A DNA stretch of 64,000 nucleotides from NCBI RefSeq assembly GCF_006345805.1, contig NW_021831284.1, forward strand, positions 620,001 to 684,000, in the 5' to 3' direction. Positions 37,518 to 50,441 of this stretch are shown in pieces. Source of the DNA: Octopus sinensis. Its lineage: Eukaryota. The notes under the pieces are model-generated. The model did no database searches. It saw only the letters and a list, made by a program, of their open reading frames with translations, and was not told where the DNA came from. How positions within the stretch are numbered: position 1 is the first letter of the stretch; each line of letters begins with the position of its first letter. Made by a program: the position numbers and the translations under genes.

Positions 37518-38971
37518 CTATCTTCGTCGACTTGGACCTGACCACCCACCATAACCACCTGCAGAGTCACTACCTCCATAAAAATCTAAAAAAGAATATT
37601 AAAAACAACTTTTCTTATTGTTAGATCTTTGTTTTCCAAATGAAGGGTCTCGGGGATCTCCAGAATTGTCAGAATTACGGTTCCTAGAAGGCCGAAACTC
37701 AGCATAAATTGGTTCCCGGCTCTGAAAATTAAGAGATTGCTGCTGATAATATTCTTGTTGATATCTCCTTTGGGGATGCCCATGATCTTGTCTTTTATAT
37801 TGATTTCTTGGTTCCTTAAGCTGATTTTGCTGTTGAGAAAAAGTCTCAGGGGTTGGTGGATGACTGGTCTCCCACATCCTTCCACCTCTATCCGGCACGT
37901 CATTAATTTGAACTTTATTGACATCACATTGTACTCTATCCACCCCAAAACTGACCCTTTCATAAGCCAATAATTCTAAAAATAACGTAATTAGTCTACT
38001 TTTTGTTGATGAAAGTAAATCTGGAATTCCAATTTTAGAATTATAACATTTTTCTTCCACAAGAGTCCTTAGTGGCTCTACAAAAGCATCAATTTCGTTA
38101 TTTTTTGACTAAAGTCGAATTTTAAATAAATCAATAACTTTTATGTTCGGAGATTGCAACATGGAGTCTATAGTGAAGTCCAGTCTTTTTAGAAGCAGTT
38201 CTTTTCTATTTTGATAGTCCATTTGAAGAAGTTTAGTCAATCTTCTTACTGTCTTCCATTGTTTTTTATTCATGTTACTCCGAATTAACATTTCATTCAC
38301 AAATGGATTTGATTCGGATATATTCAGGACATTTTTCAACTTGAAATTAAAACAAATTAAAAACATTTTCAGTTAAAAACTCAAAAAACTCTTCTGTGGG
38401 GAGTTTTATGGGTGGATTGGTTATTCCTAATAATTCACAGATAAATTTTAGTTCAGAAATATAATCATCGTCGCACTTTTAATGTATGAATTGAGAATTA
38501 CTGGTTTAGAGCTATTTTCGGTTTTAAATTGAGTTAATTTAACAGCTTCAAGTTCGTGACATAAATATTCTTAATAATTAAAATATATAATTTAACCACA
38601 TATTTGAAAAGGATTATTTTTTATGTTTTTAATAACACTTTGACAATTCCACTCCACTTCGTATGGACAACCTAATAAATAAACATTAATTAAATACCAA
38701 ATTCGTTAAGAAAAACTCCCAACTTTTCATAAAAAGTGTTAAATTGATCTATAAATTATTAAAGTGGTAAACCATATTTAGAATGTTTAAAATCGAGATT
38801 ATAATTTTTTGATAAATTTTCGACAAGCCAAAAAATGGTATTTATAAAATTTTGATCTTTAGGTATCAGGGAGACGTCAATATTATCGAATTCAGAGAGT
38901 TTGTTATAACTTAAATGTTACATTTATTTTACTAACTTCAATAACTCTAAACAATCACGTACAACATGCAT
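37518..38971 (-). CDS. FAM98: FAM98 family protein
   Basis: FLNEFGCPY, YLCHELEAVK, QWKTV...YQNRKELLLKRLDFTIDS, VNKVQINDVPDRGGR...HPPTPE, then a Gly-rich tail. Micro-introns. Confidence 0.85.
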
Positions 38972-39261
38972 AACGATATAACTAAATTTTAATTATATTT
39001 TAAATTTCAATATAATGATAAAGTATTTAAACTATCTTTAAATGTATTTTTATTGTCAAAGATTGCATTTATGACAAGATTCTATTTATTATGAAGAATT
39101 ATTTTATACTAAAGAAAAACAGTAAATTTGAATTACAAACTAGACTTGTAGTAAAAAAATGCTTTAAATTAAACAATATTAGAACAAATAAACTAAAAAT
39201 AAGCAAATTATTATAGCACTATCGGAAAATCATAAATTTAATTAAGTTATCCTTGTGCCAC

Positions 39262-39530
39262 AGCCAGTATCTTCACACACATCCGTTTCCATGCCCCCCC
39301 TGTTCTTTGCTATAGTACGTAATGAATCGAGATCGTCCCCACTTTTCAGTCTTTTGTTTACTCTTTAAGTCTTCGTTTAACGCGGTAGGTAGAGTGACTC
39401 TAGGTCTTTTACGGAAAGCTTCTTTGGATTGGCAAAATAGTTTTCCATGGAGATATTCGGCGGAGCGAGGTGTCCAGTCTGTGCCCAAAAAGTCTCCATC
39501 TGGATTCAGGAATAAAAAAATACGTATGTA
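39262..39530 (-). mobile_element. RTE-like LINE 3' fragment
   Basis: FRKRPRVTLPTALNEDLK matches FRGRPRVTLPETLDGDLK of the full-length RTE. Confidence 0.8.
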
Positions 39531-39732
39531 GATGGTAGAGCACAGTCTAAAACATTAATTTGATTTCTTTGTTTCCAAGTTTGATATTTTTCAATTTTCC
39601 TTTACATTAAAGAACAAAAATAGTTTGAAATTAGTTAATTTAAATTTCCGAAATGAAAAATTATAATTAAATAAATCTTTTAGGAATTCTTCTTGATTTA
39701 TCTAATAAAACATTAGAAAATTAAATATAAAA

Positions 39733-40480
39733 TTACATATATTGAATTAATTGATGATTCTGCAATTCCAAAATAGAGTTCATGTATCGAACTAAAGTTC
39801 CTCTCCAAAAGAACAAGGTGGTTAATAATAACAGACCCAAGACTATAGAAATTATTATCATCAATGTCATCTTCCAAGGACTCATGAGGCAATGATTTTT
39901 GGTTATTGAACCAGAAATGTCCGGCAATTTTTAAATTGAAGGAGTAAACGTCAATTCATTCTCAGATAAATGAACTATTAAATCAACCAAAGTTAATTTA
40001 TGGAAAAAATCTACTGTAATAAAAACAATTTATAATACCTATGATTCTAAAATTGAATACAACAATAACCCACGAATCTTTTTGTTTTTTGATATGTATT
40101 ATTTTAGAATTGATTTGGTCAATTTTTATCCGTGTGTGATTCCTTGTCGCATTTTACTTTAAAGATGTAACCTAGAACGAAAACAGTAGTATATCTAAAA
40201 TCCAAAATCGTTAATAACGAATAAAATTTTTTTTATCTGTAAAATATTTTTTCAAGAAGGAGACCTGGATATGATACATCTTGAAATAAGTAGACATAAC
40301 ACTGGTTCTCATATTTTATGTTTTTATCTATTAAATCCTGGTCATTAAAGTGCTGTAAAATGAAAACCATCAATTTTTACATTTTTGTTATCAACATTAA
40401 ATTCATTTGAGTTTAAACGAGTAACAAGTGAAATAGATGGAATCTCACTAACAAGCCTCTCTTTAAAATCAAAGGTTTGA
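39733..40480 (-). CDS. Putative multi-exon single-pass membrane protein
   Basis: Last exon has a hydrophobic stretch (MTLMIIISIVLGLLLLTTLFFW). Upstream GT-AG micro-intron-like segments are present. No family recognised and the 5' end is unknown. Confidence 0.35.
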
Positions 40481-40551
40481 TGTAATAAATTTGAGGTATA
40501 AATAAAAAAACAACCGTAATATAAATAAAAAGACAGTTAAACTAATAAATG

Positions 40552-40625
40552 GCCTCACGAGAGACCCGGCCAGCCTCGCGAATGGCGAAGCCGTTCCCTC
40601 GGATCACAGCAATTGACAGGCTCTT
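40552..40625 (-). mobile_element. CRE-clade 3' terminal fragment
   Basis: GC-rich island translating to SLSIAVIRGNGFAI (compare RISLAIVRGN). Confidence 0.55.
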
Positions 40626-40722
40626 ATTAGAGAACTAATATTTATATAATTAAATTTAAACACTAATTTGATTCAAATGAAAAACTAATAAATTTTCAAT
40701 TTTCAAATATTTTAGTCGATTT

Positions 40723-41900
<1,178 letters not shown>

Positions 41901-42027
41901 TTAATTTGGTTAGAACTTTAGCATAAATAATTTTTTAATCGTTAAATTTCAGAAAATAAAACTCTTAATTATACCTAAATGATAAATTTATATTAAAATT
42001 TTAAATAATTTATTTCATTAATTGACA

Positions 42028-43056
42028 ATGGTTGTTATTTTCATTAATCTATTCCTAGTTTAAAACCTATGATTTGGACACCAGTCACGAAGATATAATA
42101 GTTAGATTATTTTAAACAAATAATTAGCATGATGTTCAAGTTAATATTACAAGTACTCGTATGGCAACTTGTTCTTCTGACTATTCGGTTAAAATTTATT
42201 CATTAAAGGAAGGAAAAGACCCTACTCTATACTCAGATCTGAGAAAGTAATGAACATGTGTAATCAATTAGACATCGTGGCCCAGTTTATAAACTATCCT
42301 GGTCCCACCCGAAATTTGGGTCTCTTCTTGCAAGTTGCAGTTTTGATCATAAAGTGATCATTTGGGCTGAAGAAAATGGTGAATGGACTTGTTTGAAAAG
42401 TTTTGAGCTCGATTTCCCGGGTGTTTTATTTTTTATATTTTGTAAGTAAATTCCGTGATTTGGGGACCTTATATTCACGGATGTTGTCTTGCGGCTGTCT
42501 GTTCTGACGGAACAGTGTCTGTTTTTGATTTGAAGGACAACAATGACTGGAAGGCCGTCCATTTCAACAGCGAACAGGGAGGCTGTATGGCTGTAAGTTG
42601 GTCCAGTCCATATTCCTATGAAAAAACGAATAAAGTCGTTATTTTACGTAAACTTGCAACTGCTGGATATGACGGAACTGTAAAGATTTGGAGGTTGAAT
42701 TATTTTATTTTATTTTTAGTCACGGAGAAGATGGGAGATGGAATTTTGAGGTTTCTTTAATGTGCGAAAGTGGGGTTATTGTGCGTGATGTGGCATGGTC
42801 TTCTATTATTGGAATGTCGTTTAATATGATTGCTGCATGTTCGGTTGGTTTGGATTGCATTTTTTAGGGACGTGTTGTTTATATATTTAAGTATACTAAT
42901 AAGTGGGATTCTTATATTTTGATGGAAGCAGAGGATGTTGTTTGGAGTGTTTCCTGGTCTTTCTTTTCGGCGGATTTGGCTATTTCAATTGGTGATAATA
43001 AAGTTGAGGTTTGGAGAGAAGTTAATGGGAATTGGATACGTTCTGATTCTGTTTGA
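42028..43056 (+). CDS. SEC13: SEC13 WD40 protein
   Basis: Spliced [19 protein letters not shown]...[12 protein letters not shown]...[31 protein letters not shown]...VVWSVSWS. Six GT-AG micro-introns. Confidence 0.95.
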
Positions 43057-44001
43057 TTTCATTGAAAAATATTGTTTTGCTGTTCTTACACATATTCTCG
43101 ATTTTATGATACAAATATGTTTTGCTAGAAAGAAACGTAGAGTCATTCTTTAAAGAATTTCCCTGAGAAACAACAGCCAAGGATTTTAAAGGTGCGTAGT
43201 CAGTCTGAACTAAGTAAATTATTATAAATGCAATTTTCATATTTTATCAAATAGAGTATTTATTGGTTGAAAAGTCTTTTCACATGAGTTTATTATATCA
43301 CATGGGTTACACTCACTGCCCATTTTCGACCTCGGATTAAAACTCTGATTATTGAATTTCTATTTTTATGGTGAAAAAATTAAATCTATTGCTTAATAGG
43401 TAGAGTTTGAGTTTTTTAATATCTATTCATGGAGGGTATATGAATGAATAAGAAATAAATTTAAAAGCCCGAATGTTCATAAAAAAGAATAAACGGTCTT
43501 CTTCATTTTTCGTACAAGCTCATGGTAGAACCAAAAAACCTACGAATAAGGTTATAGAACTCATATATAAAACCGGGATTCATTTACAATTCGGGTACAG
43601 GGAGAGTCACAGGGTTGGAACTGAAGAAAATGGATATATTTCATCGAAAGCTATTACGCAATTTACTCGGCCTAGATTGCCTAAAAAGAAGTTTTCAAAC
43701 AAGAAGTTGTACTCTATGAGGCAATCGGCTCGGTTTCAGTTGAAATCAATGTCAATCATTGTCAAAAAATAAAATGTTTGATTGTTTAAAAAAACATTAA
43801 CTGTCAGTGTCATGACACCTGCCATGGTTTCACTCTCAGCTCAGTTTCACTTTTGCCTCGCGACATAATACATCGAGCATCGAATATATCGAAATATTGG
43901 TTTTGTTCATCTTTTTGTGGAAAACCTTAGAAAGAATGCAAGCCGAAACAATGCACGGGTTATCGATGCCTGCTAAAGAGGTAGCCCCTAAATCTACAGC
44001 T

Positions 44002-44140
44002 TTTGGTATCAAATATCCAAACTGTGATCTCAAAGGTCATTTTTGTGGTTTCTAATATCGGAACTGAGATATCAAACGTCATTACTGTAGTTTCTAATAT
44101 CCGAACTGAGATTTTAAACGTCATTACTGTGGTTTCTAAT
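44002..44140. repeat. 42-bp minisatellite, about 3.3 copies
   Basis: Units start at 44002, 44044, 44086 and 44128, consensus about TGTGGTTTCTAATATCGGAACTGAGATATCAAACGTCATTAC. Confidence 0.9.
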
Positions 44141-44641
44141 TTGTAGACTGCGCGTTGACATGAATCTACCCATCCGTGCGCTAAACGTGGGCTCTAAGAG
44201 GGTGAGGTTGATGGGATAAAACACTACAAATAACGAAAACGGAATAACTATTAATTATAATTCAACTATATCCATCTTGTAGAGCTTTTTAATATTTTAA
44301 GTATCATTACATCACAAAGTATCTGAAATGTACAGTGTTTAAGTCAAAGGTAAAGTTTTCAGGAAACTGAGTTTAGGGCTCGCATTTTTGATTAGGTCGT
44401 AAAGATATGTCAAAAAGATAGTCTAGTGATTGCTGTAAGTCGTTAAGAATTATTTTTTAGTTTATTGAACAAGAATAATATTTTAAATCAGTAACAATAT
44501 TAAATAATAAACTAATGATTAAATGTATACTAACCAATAAAATCACAACAAATAACACTTATATTTTTTAACACAATTGTAACAAAACACGAATTTTTGT
44601 TATGAGTCATAACAAAGTTATGACTTAATTATGTAAGTTAT

Positions 44642-45720
44642 TTAATTAAGAATCCAGATCGTCAGTGATTTCTCTTCTTCGCTTGGAAAAGAGTTTGCCA
44701 CAAAATTCCCTTCATTTTCTATTTCTGGGTCAAAGTAATTGTTCAGCTGAGTGTCCTCACGGCATGCCAACTCCGAAAGTTGATTGGCAGCAGAGGCGTA
44801 TTCTTCATTGTCTACTTTCACTCCGTATCTGTGTTCAATGAGTATACTCTCCAGCGTCCTCTTCAGCACAACCGACTGGATGTATGTATTAGTTCCTTCT
44901 TCAATGGATAATTTATCCATGTGACTTTTAAATAACTTTGGGACAACAACTCCATCCCATGTCAAGATAACTGGAATAATCTTTACTTGTGCTTCATATA
45001 AGATTGACAGTTCGTTTACAAGCAGATCGTATTTGTGAAATTTCTCCTCTTCAATTTGCTTTAGACGATCTTGTGAGGTAATCCTCACGTCGATTAAATT
45101 TATTTCTTTTTTCCTTTTGTAATACACAAAAATATCAGGTTTATTGAATTGGACTTTTGTTTCAGTCATAATTGACGTGTCAACTCTGATTTTGACAGTT
45201 TAGGTAAACATTATTGACACAACCGAATGTCCTTTCAAGTTCCTGCTTCGTTTAATTCCATACATTCGATATAAGTGAAGATGGATACACTTAACCACTT
45301 CATTACTTCTTCTGAGATAATTACTGTTTAGGATCTTACCACATCGCGTGGCTAGATGGTCAACTCGTGCATTTTAGAAAGAATTCCTTCACTTAAGCGT
45401 ACGATGTTACTCAATCAACGTCTTAGTTACTTGCGAGACAAGTACAATCTCTCCTTATTTCTTGCCAACACTTCGACGTGATCGGAGTACTGTTCGGATA
45501 ATAAGGTCCAATTCATCACACTCATTGGCTCAGATCAACGTAGTAGTTATCAGTGAGATCGCATACCTTTTTAAGGCATTGAATAGGTTCCGTGCATCGA
45601 GGCTAGTTTTTTTTTATAGAATTGCAGCCATACTTGCAAACACTCTACTGGACACTTTATCTTTTTGAGCATAAGGCTGGACTTTTTTTATTTTTTATTT
45701 AACCTAAGAATCACCAACAG
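44642..45720 (-). mobile_element. R2/NeSL-type retroelement 3' part (CCHC and REL endonuclease)
   Basis: DHLATRCGKIL...RRSNEVVKCIHL, RVDT...NKPDIFV, EKFHKYDLLVNEL, KIIPVILTWDG, YIQSVVLKRTLES. Confidence 0.88.
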
Positions 45721-45973
45721 TTAATTAGGGTAATTAATTAGGTGATTCCAACAATCCTCAAAATCTTCTCAGCTTTTCCCGATGTTGGACTCTAGACCCA
45801 ACGCAAGTGCGGGACGGGCGGGAGCAGTTTTTGTGAGGAATTGAATCAAGGACTGTCAACCTTACTCCAAGACTCAGACTAGATCACAACATACCATGGT
45901 GTAGTCGTGTCCATTACAGCTGCAACAAATTTGATAAAGGAAACTTGAGCCTACGGTCGCACTCAATGAGGTA

Positions 45974-48900
45974 CAGTGGGGCAAAAAAGTCATGGAACGC
46001 TTGCATATTTTAACTAAATTTAATCAATCTCCTCAAAAATAATATTAACTACTGAAATTAGGAATATAAGACATTTTAGATTACTTTTTAAAAAAAATTT
46101 ACTAACCAATCTTTTTTTTGTAAGGATAAATAAGCTTCTAACATTCAAATGGAGTAATGTTTTCCCATTCTTCATTGCAAATTGTTTTCAATTCTTGAAT
46201 ATTTTTCGGTTTCCTTAAACCAACTTTCATTTTTAAAATTTTCCATAAATGTTCGATTGGCTTGAGGTTGGTGATTGACAGGGCCATTGAAAAGCATTTA
46301 TTTTGTTCCTCAGTAACTATTCAACAGTCATTTTTTACTTATGTTTGGGTCGTTGTCATGCTAGAATGTCCATTGTCGTGTTAAAGAACAAACAAGGAGT
46401 TGATTTCGCAATATTTGATCGAATTCATTATTACATCTATTAAAAATAATTCAACGACTCCTGTTGATGAAAAACAGCCCCACAGCATGATACCTCCTTC
46501 CCCGTGCTTTCTGGTGGGTATGGTGTATTTTGGGTTATACGCCTGATTAAATTTACGCCAAATTGAAGGCGTGTAGTTCAGTCCGAAAAGTTTTATTTTT
46601 GATTCATCCAACCATTAAATATTGTTTATAAATTAATTTTCTTTATTTAAAAGATATTTGGCATATTTAATTCGTGCAAAAATGTGTATTTTCTTTAATA
46701 ACGGAACACGACGGGGCCTTCGTTTATTGACACTTTCATTGCGTAGTTTAGAAGTAATTTTACAAAGGGATACTAATGTTCCTGTATTCTTTAAATCATC
46801 AGCCAATTCTTTTCGAGTAGTTCTTGGATTTTTTACCGACTATTCTTTTCATTAATGAGCAAGAACGTTTGTTATATTTTTGGATCACCTGATCTTGGTC
46901 GATTAATGACAGTTCGGTCATGTTTCGATCGGATAATAATATTCCAAACAGTACTTTTTGGTAATATCAGCAATTTGGAAATCTCTCCATAGCTTTTATC
47001 TCTTTGATAGGCCGTTACAACTTGTAGTTTTGGGTCAAAAATGATCTTTTTTGTCTGCATGATAATTTTCATATTGGGGGAAAACGAAAGTTTATTTATA
47101 CAAATCAGAATCTATTAATCAATTATATTGAAATTACGGCTAATAAATCATTTCAAAGAAAAAGAAGCTACCCAAAGATAATCATTCATATCTTATTGCA
47201 GAAAAAAATCCATATTTCTTTGATAGTTTCATCACTTTTTTATTATTATTATTATTATTATTTGCAACATACGTAGAATCATATTAGTTATAATTTTACT
47301 CGTGCAGCATTAAAAACAATCCTTTGAACCAGCCTCCTCCAACCTCCTCTGTCGTGAGCGAGTTTCCTCAGCTCGTCCAGATCCTCACCACTCCTTAGCC
47401 TTTTCTTCACACATTTCAGGTCTCCGTCAAGTGTTTCCGGCAGCGTAACACGTGGACGTCCACGGAAGCTCGATCCCTCTTTCAGGAAGTAGCCCTCCAT
47501 TGCTATGTTAGCTGGGGCAAGCATGTCCATTCGTAGAATATGGCCAAATAACCTCCACCGCATATTGACGATTTCCACACTCAGAGGGCCAGTTCTGCAT
47601 CTATTGTATAGCGATTCCTGGTTGATTCTTATAGGCCAGTTCAATCCCAGTAGGGATCTAAGTTGCCTGCGGTGAAAAGAATCGAGTCCACGTTGTTCAG
47701 TACTAGACATTCCCCAGGTCGCCGAATTATATGTCAGGATTGGTTTGACAAAGGCTTCATACATCCTCAGACGAAGTGACGTACAGAGTCGTCGTTTGCC
47801 GATCCACTCTTTCTTTATCTTGTTCATCGTGGCCCAAGCGAGAGCCTTTCTTCTGACAATATCATGGCCGTCCCCAAGTAGAGAACCGAGTTTGTTCGTT
47901 TTGCGCCAGGCTTCACTTGAGCTGCTCTCCATCCTCATGATTTCAACGATGTCGGTTTTTCCAACGTTCATTTTAAGGAACCATCTGTTCAGCTCAGCAG
48001 GTGCCACTTCAAGGAGTCGAAGTAAGGCCGATTTGTCGTCTGACACGAAGTCGACGTCATCTGCATATACAATTTCGACGATATTGCCAGCATAGAATTT
48101 TCGAAGGTCTCGTAGTGCCGTCTCCAGATAGATCACGAATAGCAACGGCGAGAGGGCGTCTCCCTGAGGGGTACCGACGTTGCACGTGAATTCACGGGAA
48201 AACGCCGTGCCGACCCGCACCTTGAGCTTTGTGTTCGATAGTAGTACTCTTATCATATTGACAGAGTCAGGGTCCAGGAATTGTTCCAGTATTTTGAGGA
48301 GTAGACCACGGCGTACCGTGTCAAAGGCCCTAGACAGGTCTATTCCCAGGACTGTTGTTGCACTTTTGTATCTCTGGGTGATAGCGCAGTACCACTTGTG
48401 GGCCCAGACAGCATCGGCGGTGGATCTTCCTGTCCTAAATCCACTATGACTCGGGGATAGATAGTTGTCCACTTGTTCTCTTATTCGGTTCAGTGTAACT
48501 AATCCCAAAAGTTTCCGTAAGGTGTTTAGCAAGATTATAGGGCGTAGATTTTCGACAGGCCCAGCCTGCTTGTTAGGCTTTTGGATCGGTATTAATAATC
48601 CGGAATCAAGACCGAGGAATTCCTTTTTCATAAACATACCATTGAGTAGCTCCGCCAGTTTGTCTGTTAGTGCAGGCGGTCCGTATTTAAACAGTTCTGA
48701 ATTTATTCCATCCGGTCCAGAGGAGCGGCCATTTTTAAGTTTGGCTATTGCAGTTGATACTTCACCGGTGGTGATAGGTAGGCTGAGAGAGTGGTGTATC
48801 CGCTGGTGTAATCGGATATTTCTCCGTGAGCGGTTAATATACTCTCGAAATACGAGGCTATATATTCAGCTGCTCTTTGGGATTTGTGATGAATCTTCAT

Positions 48901-50441
48901 CCTTGCTGTCATGGATTTTGAGTTTGTTAGTTTGTTTTTTCCTGTTGAGTAGGCGGATTGCCGTAAACATTTTTGAAGAGTCCTTTAGCTGTTCAATTCC
49001 TGCAGCTATTAAGTCGAGTTTGTTAGTGAAGTTTGTCTTGTTCAACATTTTGATTTTTTTCTGGGTAGATGAACGTCTATTCTGTAAGATTTGTTTCTTC
49101 TTCGGATCAGATGTGTTTTCCAGTTGTAGTCTTAGCTCCTTTTGTTCTTTGATGAGGGCAGGGAGATCAGAGTGTATACCTTTGTTGCATAGTACTTGCG
49201 ACCGAAGGCCAATTGCCTCGTCGGCTGCCAAGAGGATCCCTTTCATTGTCTCCGCCCAGGCACCTCCTGGAGAAAGTTCGGCATTTATGTTTCCAAGAGA
49301 TTTCATGATTGACAGTTGGTAGTTGTCTCTGACCAGCGTAGATGAGCACAGTTGTTCGATTTTATGCCTTATCCTTACATCAGCGTTGGGCCCCCTTCGT
49401 CGTAGGTCAATTGATGTCTTCATAGCAAACTTGGCAGAGACAATTTTATGATCACTGTAAGTAGCTGCACCTCCATAAGACCTTGAGTCTCGGAGAAGCG
49501 ATTTTTCCCCGGCTCGACAGACGATGTAGTCAATTTGGTTGAAAATGTTGACGGACCCTGCGGTCGGTGAGGGTCGTTGGCCAGTCCACGTCGTTTTGTG
49601 ACGCGCGGGATGCTGGAAACCGATGTTGCATAGGAATAGGTCAAAGACCCGACAGAATTCAGCTAGAACAGTTCCTGGATAGTTTCTGATTCCTCTTCCG
49701 TGATGGCCAATAAAACTTTCGTTTCCCTTACGGGTTCCAACTTTCGCATTCCAGTCCCCGGCAACAAACAGAAAGTACGAAGAGCCGAGGTCTGTTAATG
49801 TCCTTCCTAATTCCTCATAGAAGATATCAAGTTCTTCTGGATTTTTTTGAATACGTCCACTGTGTGGCGCGTAGACATTGACAATTGACGTGAGTCTCCT
49901 CGACTTGCTGCTTGAGATTGTACGTAGTTGTAAGACGCTGATCCTATCGCTGACTTTCCAATATCGATATAGTCTGGAGGTGTGGTTCTTGTGTATTGCG
50001 AATCCTTGTCCATAATGTATAGATTCTGAGGGAAGCAGTATTAGGCGATAATTTCCGTGTATTTCGTCAAGTCCGTGTTTTACTTTAGTCTCCTGAAGAC
50101 AGCATATAGAGCCCTGGTATTTTTCGAGATCAGTACATAGAAGGTGCCTCTTAGCCACGGTTTTCAGACCTCTGACATTGAAGGTAAGGATTGTTAGTTC
50201 ATTAGATTGTTTCGAATGCTTAATAGACATTAGTGCAAGAGAGGCACGTCACCACCTCAACCTCAATAAAATTTGACATTTTTTCAATTAAAGTGCAGTT
50301 TCAATGATATTTATTTGAAATTTGTGAAAATAATTAATAGAAAATAGGTTAAAAAGAATACACGATTTCCTTATAAAAGTTATAAAAGCTATCAAAAATA
50401 GAAAAGTTATAAAAGCGTTTCATGACTTATTTGCCCCAATG
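45974..50441 (-). mobile_element. Tc1-family transposon interrupted by an RTE insertion
   Basis: TIRs CAGTGGGGCAAAAAAGTCATGGAACGC and GCGTTTCATGACTTATTTGCCCCAATG with TA flanks. HTH...RPRSG, DESKIKLFG, KHGEGGIMLWGCFS. Confidence 0.9.
47240..50260 (-). mobile_element. Near full-length RTE-like LINE (APE endonuclease and RT)
   Basis: 454-aa APE ORF (TFNVRG, CLQET, GDWNAK, IDY, SDH) and 449-aa RT ORF (RPIILLN, SGFR, DLSRAFD, GTPQGD, YADD), separated by a short frameshifted linker. (TAA)n tail. Confidence 0.96.

Noticed and set aside
45720-45960. GC-richer island, possibly a CRE/NeSL remnant
   Set aside because: Motifs are too degraded to assign.
47745-49322. Long plus-strand ORFs including the 285-aa ORF 48465..49322
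   Set aside because: Antisense shadows of the GC-richer RTE coding sequence, with no recognisable motifs.
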